Of a stretch of DNA of 64,000 bases, positions 16,820 to 25,330 are shown piece after piece. Position 1 is the stretch's first letter, and the number at the start of each line of letters is the position of its first letter. Under the pieces are notes generated by a model. The model did no database searches and was not told the DNA's origin. It worked only from the letters and a program-made list of their open reading frames with translations. The stretch lies in the NCBI GenBank assembly GCA_035556435.1, contig DATMEY010000032.1, positions 48,720 to 112,719 of the forward strand, written 5' to 3'. The translations under genes and the position numbers were made by a program. This DNA is from Ilumatobacter sp. Lineage in GTDB: Bacteria > Actinomycetota > Acidimicrobiia > Acidimicrobiales > Ilumatobacteraceae.

Positions 16820-17042
16820 CTCGCCCATCACCCGCCGCCGGGGATCAACCGCACGTCTGTCACCACCTCGAACCGTAGGTGATCTGTCAGCCGACCACGC
16901 TCCAGCTCACGTCCGCTCACGGGGACTGAGACAAGCCACCCACCTGGGCCGATACCGCCAGTTGTGGGCAGCGGTGTGGGCAACCGACCTGCTCGGAGTG
17001 CTATCCTGCCTGGTAGATGCACATGAACGGTCTGGACCACAC

Positions 17043-17087
17043 CCCGTCCCCCAGACTGGTGCGCTAACCAGGCTGCGCCACGTCCCG
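17043..17087 (-). pseudogene. tRNA-Pro(GGG)-like 5' fragment (acceptor 5' strand, D-arm, anticodon arm) lacking T-arm and 3' acceptor
   Basis: The reverse complement reads CGGGACG-TG-GCGC-AGCCTGGTTA-GCGC-A-CCAGT-CTGGGGG-ACGGG. This gives a canonical D-arm and a 7-nt anticodon loop with GGG (one A-G mismatch in the stem). The downstream sequence has no GTTCRANYC T-loop and no CGTCCCG acceptor complement. Confidence 0.5.
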
Positions 17088-17261
17088 AAATGTATGTGCG
17101 GCCCGCAACTCTACCGACAGAATTCCCAACATTGCAGGAACCGTCCGCCAAGGTCGCGACGCCGAACCCGCGCCGTCGACCGGTGCGCGGGGTGGTTTAG
17201 GTGAGCCGCGACCCCGGTCGCTACATTCGGCCGTTTCCTCACAAGGACAGGAGCGGGCGGG

Positions 17262-17753
17262 ATGAGGTTCACCAGGTGTGCGCGCTGGGTTGGCGCTGCG
17301 GCAGCGCTTGGCATCACGGGGTGCGGAGGTGGGGGCAGTGCAGATACGTGGACCGACGCCGACGCTCCGTTCTGCAACTCGTGGAGCCGTGACGATGTCT
17401 CCGCGTTCATCCCCGAACCGAGGCTGACGGAGTACCAGCAGGGCGCAGACCGCTGCGTGTGGGAATCCCGGTCGCACATCACGTCCGGTGCCGCAACCGG
17501 TGTCGTCGAGCTGCGCGTCACCGTCTACGCCGGCACCGAGATGTACGACCGGCTGGCCGCCGCGACCGACAAGATCACCGACACGTTCGACGGCCCCGAC
17601 GGCGACGTGCTGCAGTCGAACGGGGTCTACATGTTCCTGGTCGACGGCAACACGTACTGGGTGTCAGCCACGCGCGGTAACGACTGGGACGATGCTCGCG
17701 AACAGGCGGCCCGCAGGGTCCTGCTCGCCGCTGGCAACCGATACGAGCCCTGA
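17262..17753 (+). CDS. Putative secreted lipoprotein
   Basis: Signal peptide with lipobox: MRFTRCARWVGAAAALGITGCGGGG. AGGACAGGAG RBS upstream. Confidence 0.7.
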   Translation: MRFTRCARWVGAAAALGITGCGGGGSADTWTDADAPFCNSWSRDDVSAFIPEPRLTEYQQGADRCVWESRSHITSGAATGVVELRVTVYAGTEMYDRLAAATDKITDTFDGPDGDVLQSNGVYMFLVDGNTYWVSATRGNDWDDAREQAARRVLLAAGNRYEP

Positions 17754-17816
17754 CTGACGTTCGGTCGCCGCACTCGTCACGCAGCTGGCCGGCCCGAATT
17801 GGCTCTGCGTTGGGAT

Positions 17817-18026
17817 CTAGAGAATCCCGAACAGTTCCAGGAGGCGCCAGCCGAGGTAGGCAACGAGCATCACCACGAGCAGCTTGAAGTGCCAGGGCGT
17901 CGATTCGTCGGCATCGTGGTCGGTGGGCTGGTGGGCCCCGACGTCGCAGCCACAGGTGGGGCACTTGCCCTCGACGGTGAGCGCGGTCGGCGCCCAGTAC
18001 TGCTCACACGGTTCGCAGAACGGCAT
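17817..18026 (-). CDS. Small zinc-ribbon membrane protein (69 aa)
   Basis: MPFCEPCEQYWAPTALTVEGKCPTCGCDV has CxxC...CxxC, followed by a C-terminal TM helix HFKLLVVMLVAYLGWRLLELFGIL. It is the C-terminal part of the spurious 480-aa track ORF and sits 11 nt downstream of der. Confidence 0.6.
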   Translation of the reverse strand: MPFCEPCEQYWAPTALTVEGKCPTCGCDVGAHQPTDHDADESTPWHFKLLVVMLVAYLGWRLLELFGIL

Positions 18027-18037
18027 CGGGGCCAGGC

Positions 18038-19414
18038 CTAATCGGTGCGCTTGCGGACGCGCAACTTGATCGGCACCGACCCGAAGCCGAACGCCTCGCG
18101 GATCTTGCGCTCGAGGTAGCGCATGTAGGTCTGCGGCAGTTCGCGGTTGACGAACAGCGTGAACGTGGGCGGGTCGGTGGCGCCCTGTACGGCGTACAGC
18201 ACCTTCGCCCCCCCGCCCGCGGGCTGGGCTTGCTGGGCTGCGGCGATCACCTTGTTGACGTCGCGGGTGGGCACCCGGCGGTGGTACTGCATCACCGCTT
18301 CGGCGAGTTGCGGGCGCAGCTTGTGGACGTTCTTGCCGGTGAGTGCCGAGATCTTGAGGATCGGCACGTCGCCGAGGAACTGGAGCTTCTGGCGCACGCG
18401 GGCCTCGACCTCTTGGCGTCGCTCGGTCTGGTGTTCGAGCAACTCCCACTTGTTGAGCAGGACCACGATCGGGCAGCCGGCCGCGTCGACCCGCTCGGCC
18501 AGCCGCTGGTCCTGGCCGGTGACGCCCTCGGTGGCGTCGATCACGAACAGGGCGATGTCGGCGTCGTCGATCGCCCGGAGGGCGCGCACCATCGAGTAGT
18601 ACTCGGCCGAGTCGTCGATGCGGGCCCGCTTGCGCATACCGGCGGTGTCGACGAACACGATCGGACCGTCCTCGGTCTCGACCAGCGTGTCGATCGCGTC
18701 GCGGGTGGTGCCGGCCAGGTCGTGCACCACCGAGCGGACTTCGCCCACGAGCCGATTGAACAGCGTCGACTTGCCGACGTTCGGACGGCCCACGATCGCG
18801 ACGCGGGGTGGTGCCGTGCTGGTGGGGTCCCAGGTGCCGCCGCTGTGCTCGCCGGGCGCGGGGAAGGCCTCGCCGTCGGCGTCGTCGGCGGGGACGACGG
18901 CCTTGTCGCCGAGCTGTTCGAGGACCAGGTCGAGCATGTCGCCGGCGCGCCGGCCGTGCAGGGCGCTGACCGGCACCGCGTCGCCGAGGCCGAGCGAGAG
19001 GAACTGCCACAGGTCGTCCTCGCGGCGGTTGCTGTCGGCCTTGTTGGCGACGACCATCACGGGGACGTCGAGGCGGCGCAGCCAGTCGGCGATCGACTCG
19101 TCGAGGTCGACGATGCCCACTGAGGCGTCGACCACGAACAGCACCAGGTCGGCTTCGGTGACCGCGGCCTCGACCTGGCGGCTGACCTTGTCGTCGAGGT
19201 CGGAGCCCTTCGGCATCCACCCGCCGGTGTCGATGATGCGGAACGGCACGCCGAGCCACTCGGCCTCGAGTTCCTTGCGGTCGCGGGTGATGCCGGGCCG
19301 GTCTTCGACGATGGCCGCCTGCTCGCCGATGACCCGGTTGAACAGCGTCGACTTGCCGACGTTCGGGCGGCCGACGACGACGACCGTCGGAAGATTCGGC
19401 GGGGCGAGACTCAT
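18038..19414 (-). CDS. der: Ribosome-biogenesis GTPase Der (EngA), double GTPase domain
   Basis: Two G1 motifs: VVVVGRPNVGKSTLFNR and VAIVGRPNVGKSTLFNR. KH-like C-terminus LFVNRELPQTYMRYLERKIREAF. The ATG at 19414 overlaps the upstream stop (ATGA). The track ORF up to 20248 is an over-extension. Confidence 0.95.
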   Translation of the reverse strand: MSLAPPNLPTVVVVGRPNVGKSTLFNRVIGEQAAIVEDRPGITRDRKELEAEWLGVPFRIIDTGGWMPKGSDLDDKVSRQVEAAVTEADLVLFVVDASVGIVDLDESIADWLRRLDVPVMVVANKADSNRREDDLWQFLSLGLGDAVPVSALHGRRAGDMLDLVLEQLGDKAVVPADDADGEAFPAPGEHSGGTWDPTSTAPPRVAIVGRPNVGKSTLFNRLVGEVRSVVHDLAGTTRDAIDTLVETEDGPIVFVDTAGMRKRARIDDSAEYYSMVRALRAIDDADIALFVIDATEGVTGQDQRLAERVDAAGCPIVVLLNKWELLEHQTERRQEVEARVRQKLQFLGDVPILKISALTGKNVHKLRPQLAEAVMQYHRRVPTRDVNKVIAAAQQAQPAGGGAKVLYAVQGATDPPTFTLFVNRELPQTYMRYLERKIREAFGFGSVPIKLRVRKRTD

Positions 19415-20826
19415 GACAGGGCCTTTCGCAGAGCGATTCCGTCGGTGGCGACGACTTCGACGGGGTGTGGCAGGTCGGCGACGGTGAGCCCGTCGAGGAA
19501 CCGGCCGTCGTCGGACAGGCACACGTCGGGGAGGAGGTAGCGGTGCCCGGCCGGCTCGGCGGCGAGCACGCGGGTGAGGTCGGCGCCGGTCATCAACCCG
19601 GTCACGCCGGTGTTGCCACCGAAGAACTCGTTCGCCACCGGGATGACGCGCACGTGCTCGATCGGCGCCAACAGCGGCTCGAGCACCCGAGCCCCGAACA
19701 CTCCCGTTAGTACCCCCGTCGGCAACGAACCGTGCCGGGCGCCTCGCGTGAGGGAGGGTCGGCAGGTGATGGTGACGGGTGTCTCGAACGCGAGGGGCCT
19801 GGCACCTTGCGTGATGTAGGACGTCGGGTTGGCGGGCAGCGGGGTGGCGTCGACGGCGGCGAAGAAGCCGCGGCGGACGCCGGTGGCGTCGGTGGTGGTG
19901 CCGGTGAACTCGGCTTCGAACGTGCGCGCCATGCCGATGCCGTCCTCGTGCATGGGGAAGCCTTCGTAGGCCTCGGCGGGCGGGAACGGGCGGTCGGCCA
20001 TCAGGTAGTACTCGTCGGCGGCGTGGACCATCCGGCGTCCGAGCACCGACAGGAACGTCTGCTGCCACTCCTCGACCAGGTCGACGACCCGGTTGGCTTC
20101 GTCGAGGGTGTGCAGGCGCATCGCTGCCTCGGTGTTGAACCGCGACAGGCCGAGCGGCACGAGCGCCACCGACGCCAGCTCGGGGAACCGGTCGAGGATG
20201 CCAGCCAGCGTGTGGTCGAGCACATCCCCGTCGTTCACGCCCGGGCACACCACGACCTGACCGCGAACCTCGATGCCGTGGTCGAGCAAGGCCCGCAGCC
20301 AGCGCAGGCTCATCGCCCCGCGCGAGTTCTTCAGCATCCGGTTACGTACGTCGTGGTCGGTGGCGTGGATCGACACGTGCAGCGGTGACAGCCCCTCGGT
20401 GACGACCCGTTCGAGGTCGGCCTCGGTGAACCTTGTCAGCGTGGTGAAGTTCCCGTACAGGAAGCTCAGGCGATAGTCGTCGTCCTTCAGGTACAGGCTG
20501 CGGCGCATGCCTTTGGGGAGCTGGTAGATGAAGCAGAACTCGCAGTGGTTGTCGCACGTGCGGACCCGGTCGAACACGGCCGACTGGACCTCGACCCCGA
20601 GCGGTTCGCCGGCCCGCTTGGGCACTTCGAGGTCGAACAGCTCACCGTGACGGAGCACGTCGAGTTGCACATCGGCCTCGTCGGTGAACACGCGCCACTC
20701 GATCAGGTCGCGTGGCACCACGCCGTCGACCCGAGCAATCTCGTCGCCGGGTTGCACCCCGGCGCGTGCCGCAGGAGAGTCAGGGGTGACGGCGACCGCG
20801 ACGATCGTGGAGCTGGTGGCAGGCAT
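19411..20826 (-). CDS. DUF512 radical-SAM/PDZ-domain protein
   Basis: CDNHCEFC (CxxxCxxC) cluster motif, a PDZ-like N-terminus (GVQPGDEIARVDG), and the conserved position upstream of der. Confidence 0.85.
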   Translation of the reverse strand: MPATSSTIVAVAVTPDSPAARAGVQPGDEIARVDGVVPRDLIEWRVFTDEADVQLDVLRHGELFDLEVPKRAGEPLGVEVQSAVFDRVRTCDNHCEFCFIYQLPKGMRRSLYLKDDDYRLSFLYGNFTTLTRFTEADLERVVTEGLSPLHVSIHATDHDVRNRMLKNSRGAMSLRWLRALLDHGIEVRGQVVVCPGVNDGDVLDHTLAGILDRFPELASVALVPLGLSRFNTEAAMRLHTLDEANRVVDLVEEWQQTFLSVLGRRMVHAADEYYLMADRPFPPAEAYEGFPMHEDGIGMARTFEAEFTGTTTDATGVRRGFFAAVDATPLPANPTSYITQGARPLAFETPVTITCRPSLTRGARHGSLPTGVLTGVFGARVLEPLLAPIEHVRVIPVANEFFGGNTGVTGLMTGADLTRVLAAEPAGHRYLLPDVCLSDDGRFLDGLTVADLPHPVEVVATDGIALRKALS

Positions 20827-20894
20827 AGCACGCCCTTGCGCGAAGGGCCTGCCCAGGCTACCGGTGGGCCTCCCGGGTACCCTGGGACACCGGT

Positions 20895-21947
20895 ATGACG
20901 GTTGCCACGGAAGCCCGGGTCGAACGGGTGCTGCTTGCTGAGCCGCGAGGGTTCTGCGCCGGCGTCGAGATGGCCATCAAGGCCCTGGCGTGGATGGTGC
21001 GGGCGTTCGAGCCGCCCGTCTACTGCTATCACGAGATCGTCCACAACAAGGTCGTGGTCGACCGCTTCGAACGCCAGGGCGTGGTGTTCGTCGACGACAT
21101 CGGTGACGTGCCCGAGGGCAGCCCGATCATGCTCTCGGCACACGGCTCGGCCCCCGATGTCGTCGCCGCTGCTCGCGGCCGGGGCAGCTTCGTGGTCGAT
21201 TCGGTGTGCCCGCTCGTCACCAAGGTGCACCACGAGGTCAAGGTCCGCGCCAACAAGGGCTACCGCATCGTCTACGTCGGCCACGAGGGCCACGAAGAGG
21301 CGGTCGGCACGATGGCCGTCGCCCCCACCGCGATCAGCCGGGTCGAGACGGCCGCCGAGGTCGACGCGCTGCCCGAGTTCGACGAACCGGTCGCACTGCT
21401 CGCCCAGACCACCCTGTCGCACCGCGACTGGGAGGGCGTCGCCGTGCGGGTGAAGCAACGTTTCCCCGACGTGTGGACGCCCGGCCGCAGCGACCTGTGC
21501 TTTGCCACCACGAACCGTCAGGCCTCGCTGTTGTCGATCGCCGAACGCTGCGACGCGATCGTGGTGATCGGGTCGTCGAACTCGTCGAACACGCGGGCGC
21601 TCGAACGGCTGGCCCGCGAGGGCGGCTGCGAGCAGGTGTACCGCGTCAACGGAGCCGACGAGCTGCCGGACGGGATCAGCGGCGTCGTCGGTGTGACGGC
21701 CGGCGCCTCGGCACCGGAGGAACTCGTCGAGCAGGTGCTCGCCCGGCTCGACCCAGCCCACGGTGTGGAGGTGGTGCGCATCACCGACGAGGACGAGTAC
21801 TTCCCGCCGCCGCGCAACATCCGCGACCTTCAGGCGTCGATCGAGCACGCGGCCACGACGTTGCTCGGCGGGGCCTTGCTGGAGCGGCCGATCATGGACG
21901 ACCGCAACCTGCCCGCCAGCGACGTGCTCGCCGCGCTCGCGGACTGA
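20895..21947 (+). CDS. ispH: 4-hydroxy-3-methylbut-2-enyl diphosphate reductase
   Basis: RVLLAEPRGFCAGVEMAIKAL, YCYHEIVHNKVVV, MLSAHGSAPDV, VIGSSNSSNTRAL: canonical IspH/LytB motifs. Confidence 0.95.
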   Translation: MTVATEARVERVLLAEPRGFCAGVEMAIKALAWMVRAFEPPVYCYHEIVHNKVVVDRFERQGVVFVDDIGDVPEGSPIMLSAHGSAPDVVAAARGRGSFVVDSVCPLVTKVHHEVKVRANKGYRIVYVGHEGHEEAVGTMAVAPTAISRVETAAEVDALPEFDEPVALLAQTTLSHRDWEGVAVRVKQRFPDVWTPGRSDLCFATTNRQASLLSIAERCDAIVVIGSSNSSNTRALERLAREGGCEQVYRVNGADELPDGISGVVGVTAGASAPEELVEQVLARLDPAHGVEVVRITDEDEYFPPPRNIRDLQASIEHAATTLLGGALLERPIMDDRNLPASDVLAALAD

Positions 21948-21974
21948 CCCACTTCCCCCACGTCGAGGACCACG

Positions 21975-22388
21975 ATGCTCGCTCCCAACTGGAACATGAT
22001 CCGCCTGTTCCTCCACGTGCTCGCGGCCACCGTGTGGGTGGGCGGCCAGGTCGTGCTGGCCGGGTTGGTGCCGGCGTTCCGGCGCCGCGGCCTCGACATG
22101 GCGCCGCGCATCGCCGCCCGGGCCTATGCCCGCCTGGCGTGGCCGGCGTTCGGCGTGTTGCTGATCACCGGCGTGTGGAACCTCGCCGCGGTCGACGTCA
22201 CCGACACCACCTCGGCGTATCAACAGACGCTGCTGGTGAAGCTGCTGCTCGTGGCCGTCAGCGGTGGCGCCGCGGCCGTGCACTCGGTGGGTCGTTCGAA
22301 GCTGGCGCTCGCGCTGGGCGGCGCGCTCGGTCTGCTCGGCGCTCTGGGTGCAATGTTCTGCGGCTACCTGCTGACGGCCGGCTCGTGA
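21975..22388 (+). CDS. Integral membrane protein (4 predicted TM helices)
   Basis: 137-aa hydrophobic ORF (IRLFLHVLAATVWVGGQVVLAGLV..., FGVLLITGVWNLAAV..., LLVKLLLVAVSGGAAAV..., LGGALGLLGALGAMFCGYLL). Confidence 0.7.
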   Translation: MLAPNWNMIRLFLHVLAATVWVGGQVVLAGLVPAFRRRGLDMAPRIAARAYARLAWPAFGVLLITGVWNLAAVDVTDTTSAYQQTLLVKLLLVAVSGGAAAVHSVGRSKLALALGGALGLLGALGAMFCGYLLTAGS

Positions 22389-22930
22389 CCCGCCGGCGCC
22401 GCGTGGCAGTCGCCTGGGCGGCGGTCGTGGTGGTTGCCACCGCGTGCACGGGTGACGACGACGGGGGCGAACCGGTCGCCCCGGGCGTGTCGGGCCCGGC
22501 CACCACCGAACCGGAGATGACGTCGCCGTTCTGCACGGGTATCGCCGAGGTCACCGCCCGGCTTGCCGGCGACGACCTGCCCGCCGACCTCGACGGCTTT
22601 CTGGCCGACGCCTATCAGGACCTGCTCCCCGTCGCGCCCGCTGAACTGGTGCCGTCGATCGAGGCCTTGGTCGCCTCGCTCGGGCTGTCCTCGCCGGTGA
22701 TCACCACCGTGCCGGGCACCGATGTCACACTGCCCCCCGACAACGTTGCCCCACCGGTGGTGGTCGTGACGCCCGGCGAGCAGTTGGCCGAGTACGTCGC
22801 CGAGCACTGTGCCCGGATCGACGCCAACCCGGGCCCGGCTGCCACCGTTCCCTCCGGCGGCATCGACACGGTCGCCGACACCGCACCGACCACCACGGTT
22901 CCCCAAGCACCGCCCACCAGCGGTGCGTGA
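22385..22930 (+). CDS. Putative lipoprotein
   Basis: The GTG at 22385 overlaps the upstream stop (GTGA). Sequence VTRRRRVAVAWAAVVVVATACTGDDD has a lipobox. In frame with the C-terminal part of track ORF 21206..22930. Confidence 0.6.
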   Translation: MTRRRRVAVAWAAVVVVATACTGDDDGGEPVAPGVSGPATTEPEMTSPFCTGIAEVTARLAGDDLPADLDGFLADAYQDLLPVAPAELVPSIEALVASLGLSSPVITTVPGTDVTLPPDNVAPPVVVVTPGEQLAEYVAEHCARIDANPGPAATVPSGGIDTVADTAPTTTVPQAPPTSGA

Positions 22931-23022
22931 GCCTCGATCCACCGCCAGCCTGAGGTGCCTACTCGCTGACCCCCTCACGCCGCTTCGGTCCGGGGCCGGC
23001 GGCGTCGGTACGGTGCGGGCCC

Positions 23023-24573
23023 ATGTTCCCAGGCGAGTTTGTCGACACCCATGGTTCCAAGCCCGCAGTCGTCATGGCCGACACCGGCTGGACCCAGACG
23101 TACGCCGAACTCGACGCTGCCGCCAACCAGCTCAGCCGGGTGCTGCGCAACGCCGGGCTCGAGCCGGGCGACCACATCGCGCTGTGCCTCGAGAACCATC
23201 CGCGGTATCTCGAGATCCTGTGGGGGTGCGAGTACGCCGGCCTGATCTACACGGCCATCTCCACCCGCCTCACCACCGAAGAGCTGACCTACATCGTCAA
23301 CGACTGTGGCGCCCGGGCGTTCATCGCCTCCGGGTACAAGGCCGACCAGGCCGCCGAGCTGCGCGGCCAGACGCCTGCGGTGGAACTGCGGCTGATGCTC
23401 GACACCACCATCGACGGCTACGACAGCTACGAGGCCGCGCTCGCAGCGCAACCCGCGACGCCGCTCGACGGACGCCTGGCCGGTGCCGACATGCTGTATT
23501 CGTCGGGCACCACCGGGCGCCCCAAGGGCGTGCTGCCGACGTTCGCACCGACCGCGCTGGAAGAGCGCGGGATGGGCGTACGCGGCCTGTTGCTGCTGCT
23601 GTTCGGGATGACCGACGAGAAGGTCTACCTCTCCCCTGCGCCGCTCTACCACGCCGCCCCGTTGCGGTTCTCGATGTCGTCGCTATCGATCGGGGCGACC
23701 GTCGTGGTGATGCCGCGGTTCGACCCCGAGGAGTACCTCGCCAACGTCGCCCGCTACCGGGCCACCCACACCCAAGTGGTGCCGACGATGTTCGTGCGGC
23801 TCCTCAAGCTGCCCGACGGGGTGCGCGCGGCGTACGACGTCAGTTCGCTCGAAACCGTCATCCATGCCGCCGCGCCGTGCCCGGTCGAAGTCAAGCGGGC
23901 GATGATCGAGTGGTGGGGGCCGGTCATCCACGAGTACTACGCGGGCACCGAAGGCAACGGGTTCGTCTACTGCAACAGCGAGATGTGGCTGGCCCACCCC
24001 GGCACGGTCGGTATGCCGATCGGCTGCACCGTGCACATCGTCGGCGACGACGGCGAGGAGGTGCCGGCCGGCGAACAGGGCACCGTGTACTTCGAAGGCG
24101 GCACGTCGTTCGAGTACCACAACGACCCCGGCAAGACGGCCTCGTCGCGGCACCCGCAGGGTTGGTCGACGCTCGGCGACATCGGCTACCTCGACGCCGA
24201 CAACTTCTTGTACCTCACCGACCGCAAGGCGTACATGATCATCAGCGGCGGCGTGAACATCTACCCGCAGGAGGCCGAGAACGTGCTGACGATGCACCCG
24301 GCGGTGTTCGACGTGGCCGTGTTCGGCGTGCCCAACACCGAGTTCGGTGAGGAGGTCAAAGCGGTGGTACAGCCGGTGGAGATGCCCGCCGACGACGCGG
24401 CCGCAGCCGCGCTCGCGGCCGAGCTGATCGCCTACTGCCGCAGCCAGTTGGCCGACGTGAAGTGCCCCCGATCGGTCGACTTCCGCGACGAACTCCCCCG
24501 CCACCCGACCGGCAAGCTCTACAAGCGCCTGCTGAAGGACGAATACTGGGCCGCCGCCGGCCGAGCCATCTAG
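23023..24573 (+). CDS. AMP-dependent acyl-CoA synthetase/ligase
   Basis: AMP-binding motif MLYSSGTTGRPKGV, plus YYAGTEG, GDIGYLD and PRHPTGKLYKR. Confidence 0.9.
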   Translation: MFPGEFVDTHGSKPAVVMADTGWTQTYAELDAAANQLSRVLRNAGLEPGDHIALCLENHPRYLEILWGCEYAGLIYTAISTRLTTEELTYIVNDCGARAFIASGYKADQAAELRGQTPAVELRLMLDTTIDGYDSYEAALAAQPATPLDGRLAGADMLYSSGTTGRPKGVLPTFAPTALEERGMGVRGLLLLLFGMTDEKVYLSPAPLYHAAPLRFSMSSLSIGATVVVMPRFDPEEYLANVARYRATHTQVVPTMFVRLLKLPDGVRAAYDVSSLETVIHAAAPCPVEVKRAMIEWWGPVIHEYYAGTEGNGFVYCNSEMWLAHPGTVGMPIGCTVHIVGDDGEEVPAGEQGTVYFEGGTSFEYHNDPGKTASSRHPQGWSTLGDIGYLDADNFLYLTDRKAYMIISGGVNIYPQEAENVLTMHPAVFDVAVFGVPNTEFGEEVKAVVQPVEMPADDAAAAALAAELIAYCRSQLADVKCPRSVDFRDELPRHPTGKLYKRLLKDEYWAAAGRAI

Positions 24574-24574
24574 C

Positions 24575-25330
24575 GTGCATCCGTTCCTCGACTGGCCGGG
24601 GCCGCTGGCGTTCGCCCACCGGGGCGGGGCCAGCGATCACCCGGAGAACACGCTGCCCGCGTTCCGGCACGCGGTCGAGCTCGGGTACACGTACCTCGAA
24701 ACCGACGTCCACGCCACCACCGACGGGATGCTCGTGGCGTTCCACGACGCCGACTTGTTGCGCACGTGCAACCGGCCGGGCCGGATCGACGCGCTGCCGT
24801 GGCGCGAGGTCGGCTCGGCGCGGGTGGCGGGCACCGAACCAATCCCGCTGATGGAAGACCTGCTCGACGAGTTCCCCGCGGCCCGCTTCAACATCGACTG
24901 CAAGGCCGACACCGGTGTCGCCCCGCTGGTGCGCCTGCTGCGGCGCCGCCCCGAGTTGCTCGACCGGGTGCTGATCGGCGGGTTCTCCGATGCCCGCCTG
25001 CGCCGCATCCGGGCGTCGGTCGGCGAGCGTCTGTGCACCAGCTTCGGGCCGCAGCAGGTCGCCGTGTTGACGGCCGGCGGGCGCGTGCCCCGCTGGTTGA
25101 TAGGGGGTGGCCAGGCGGCGCAGGTGCCCACCGGGCGCGGGCGGGTGCGGCTGGTGACGCAGCGGTTCGTGCGCCGGGCGCACGCTCAGGGGCTCCAGGT
25201 GCACGTGTGGACGATCGACGACGCGGCCGAGATGCACGCCCTGCTCGACCTCGGGGTGGACGGGATCATGACCGACCGGCCTGCGGTGTTGCGCGACGTG
25301 TTGCGCGAACGTGGTACCTGGTATGAGTAA
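24575..25330 (+). CDS. Glycerophosphodiester phosphodiesterase family protein
   Basis: AHRGGASDHPENTLPAFRHAVELGYTYLETDVHATTDGMLVAFHDADL and VWTIDD are GDPD signatures. Confidence 0.85.
   Translation: MHPFLDWPGPLAFAHRGGASDHPENTLPAFRHAVELGYTYLETDVHATTDGMLVAFHDADLLRTCNRPGRIDALPWREVGSARVAGTEPIPLMEDLLDEFPAARFNIDCKADTGVAPLVRLLRRRPELLDRVLIGGFSDARLRRIRASVGERLCTSFGPQQVAVLTAGGRVPRWLIGGGQAAQVPTGRGRVRLVTQRFVRRAHAQGLQVHVWTIDDAAEMHALLDLGVDGIMTDRPAVLRDVLRERGTWYE

Noticed and set aside
16828-17261. Complete tRNA gene or integrase at the element/core junction
   Set aside because: Only a 5' tRNA-Pro-like half was found. There is no T-loop (GTTCRANYC) or acceptor complement on either strand, and no ORF with tyrosine or serine recombinase motifs lies between 14.2 and 17.3 kb.
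19415-20248. Extension of the der ORF to 736 aa
   Set aside because: Der begins at MSLAPPNLPTVVVVGRPNVGKST (19414). The upstream part is Arg/Pro-rich and lies antisense or out of frame to the well-supported DUF512 gene.
20703-22283. 526-aa minus-strand ORF antisense to ispH, and similar long antisense ORFs (24356..25627, 27568..28824, 29509..30702, 33223..34419, 38267..39592, 54089..55126, 55129..56319, 56316..58331, 58219..60246)
   Set aside because: Arg/Gly/Pro/His-rich translations with no motifs. Each lies opposite a gene with strong family signatures. This is a typical high-GC artefact where stop codons are rare on the antisense strand.
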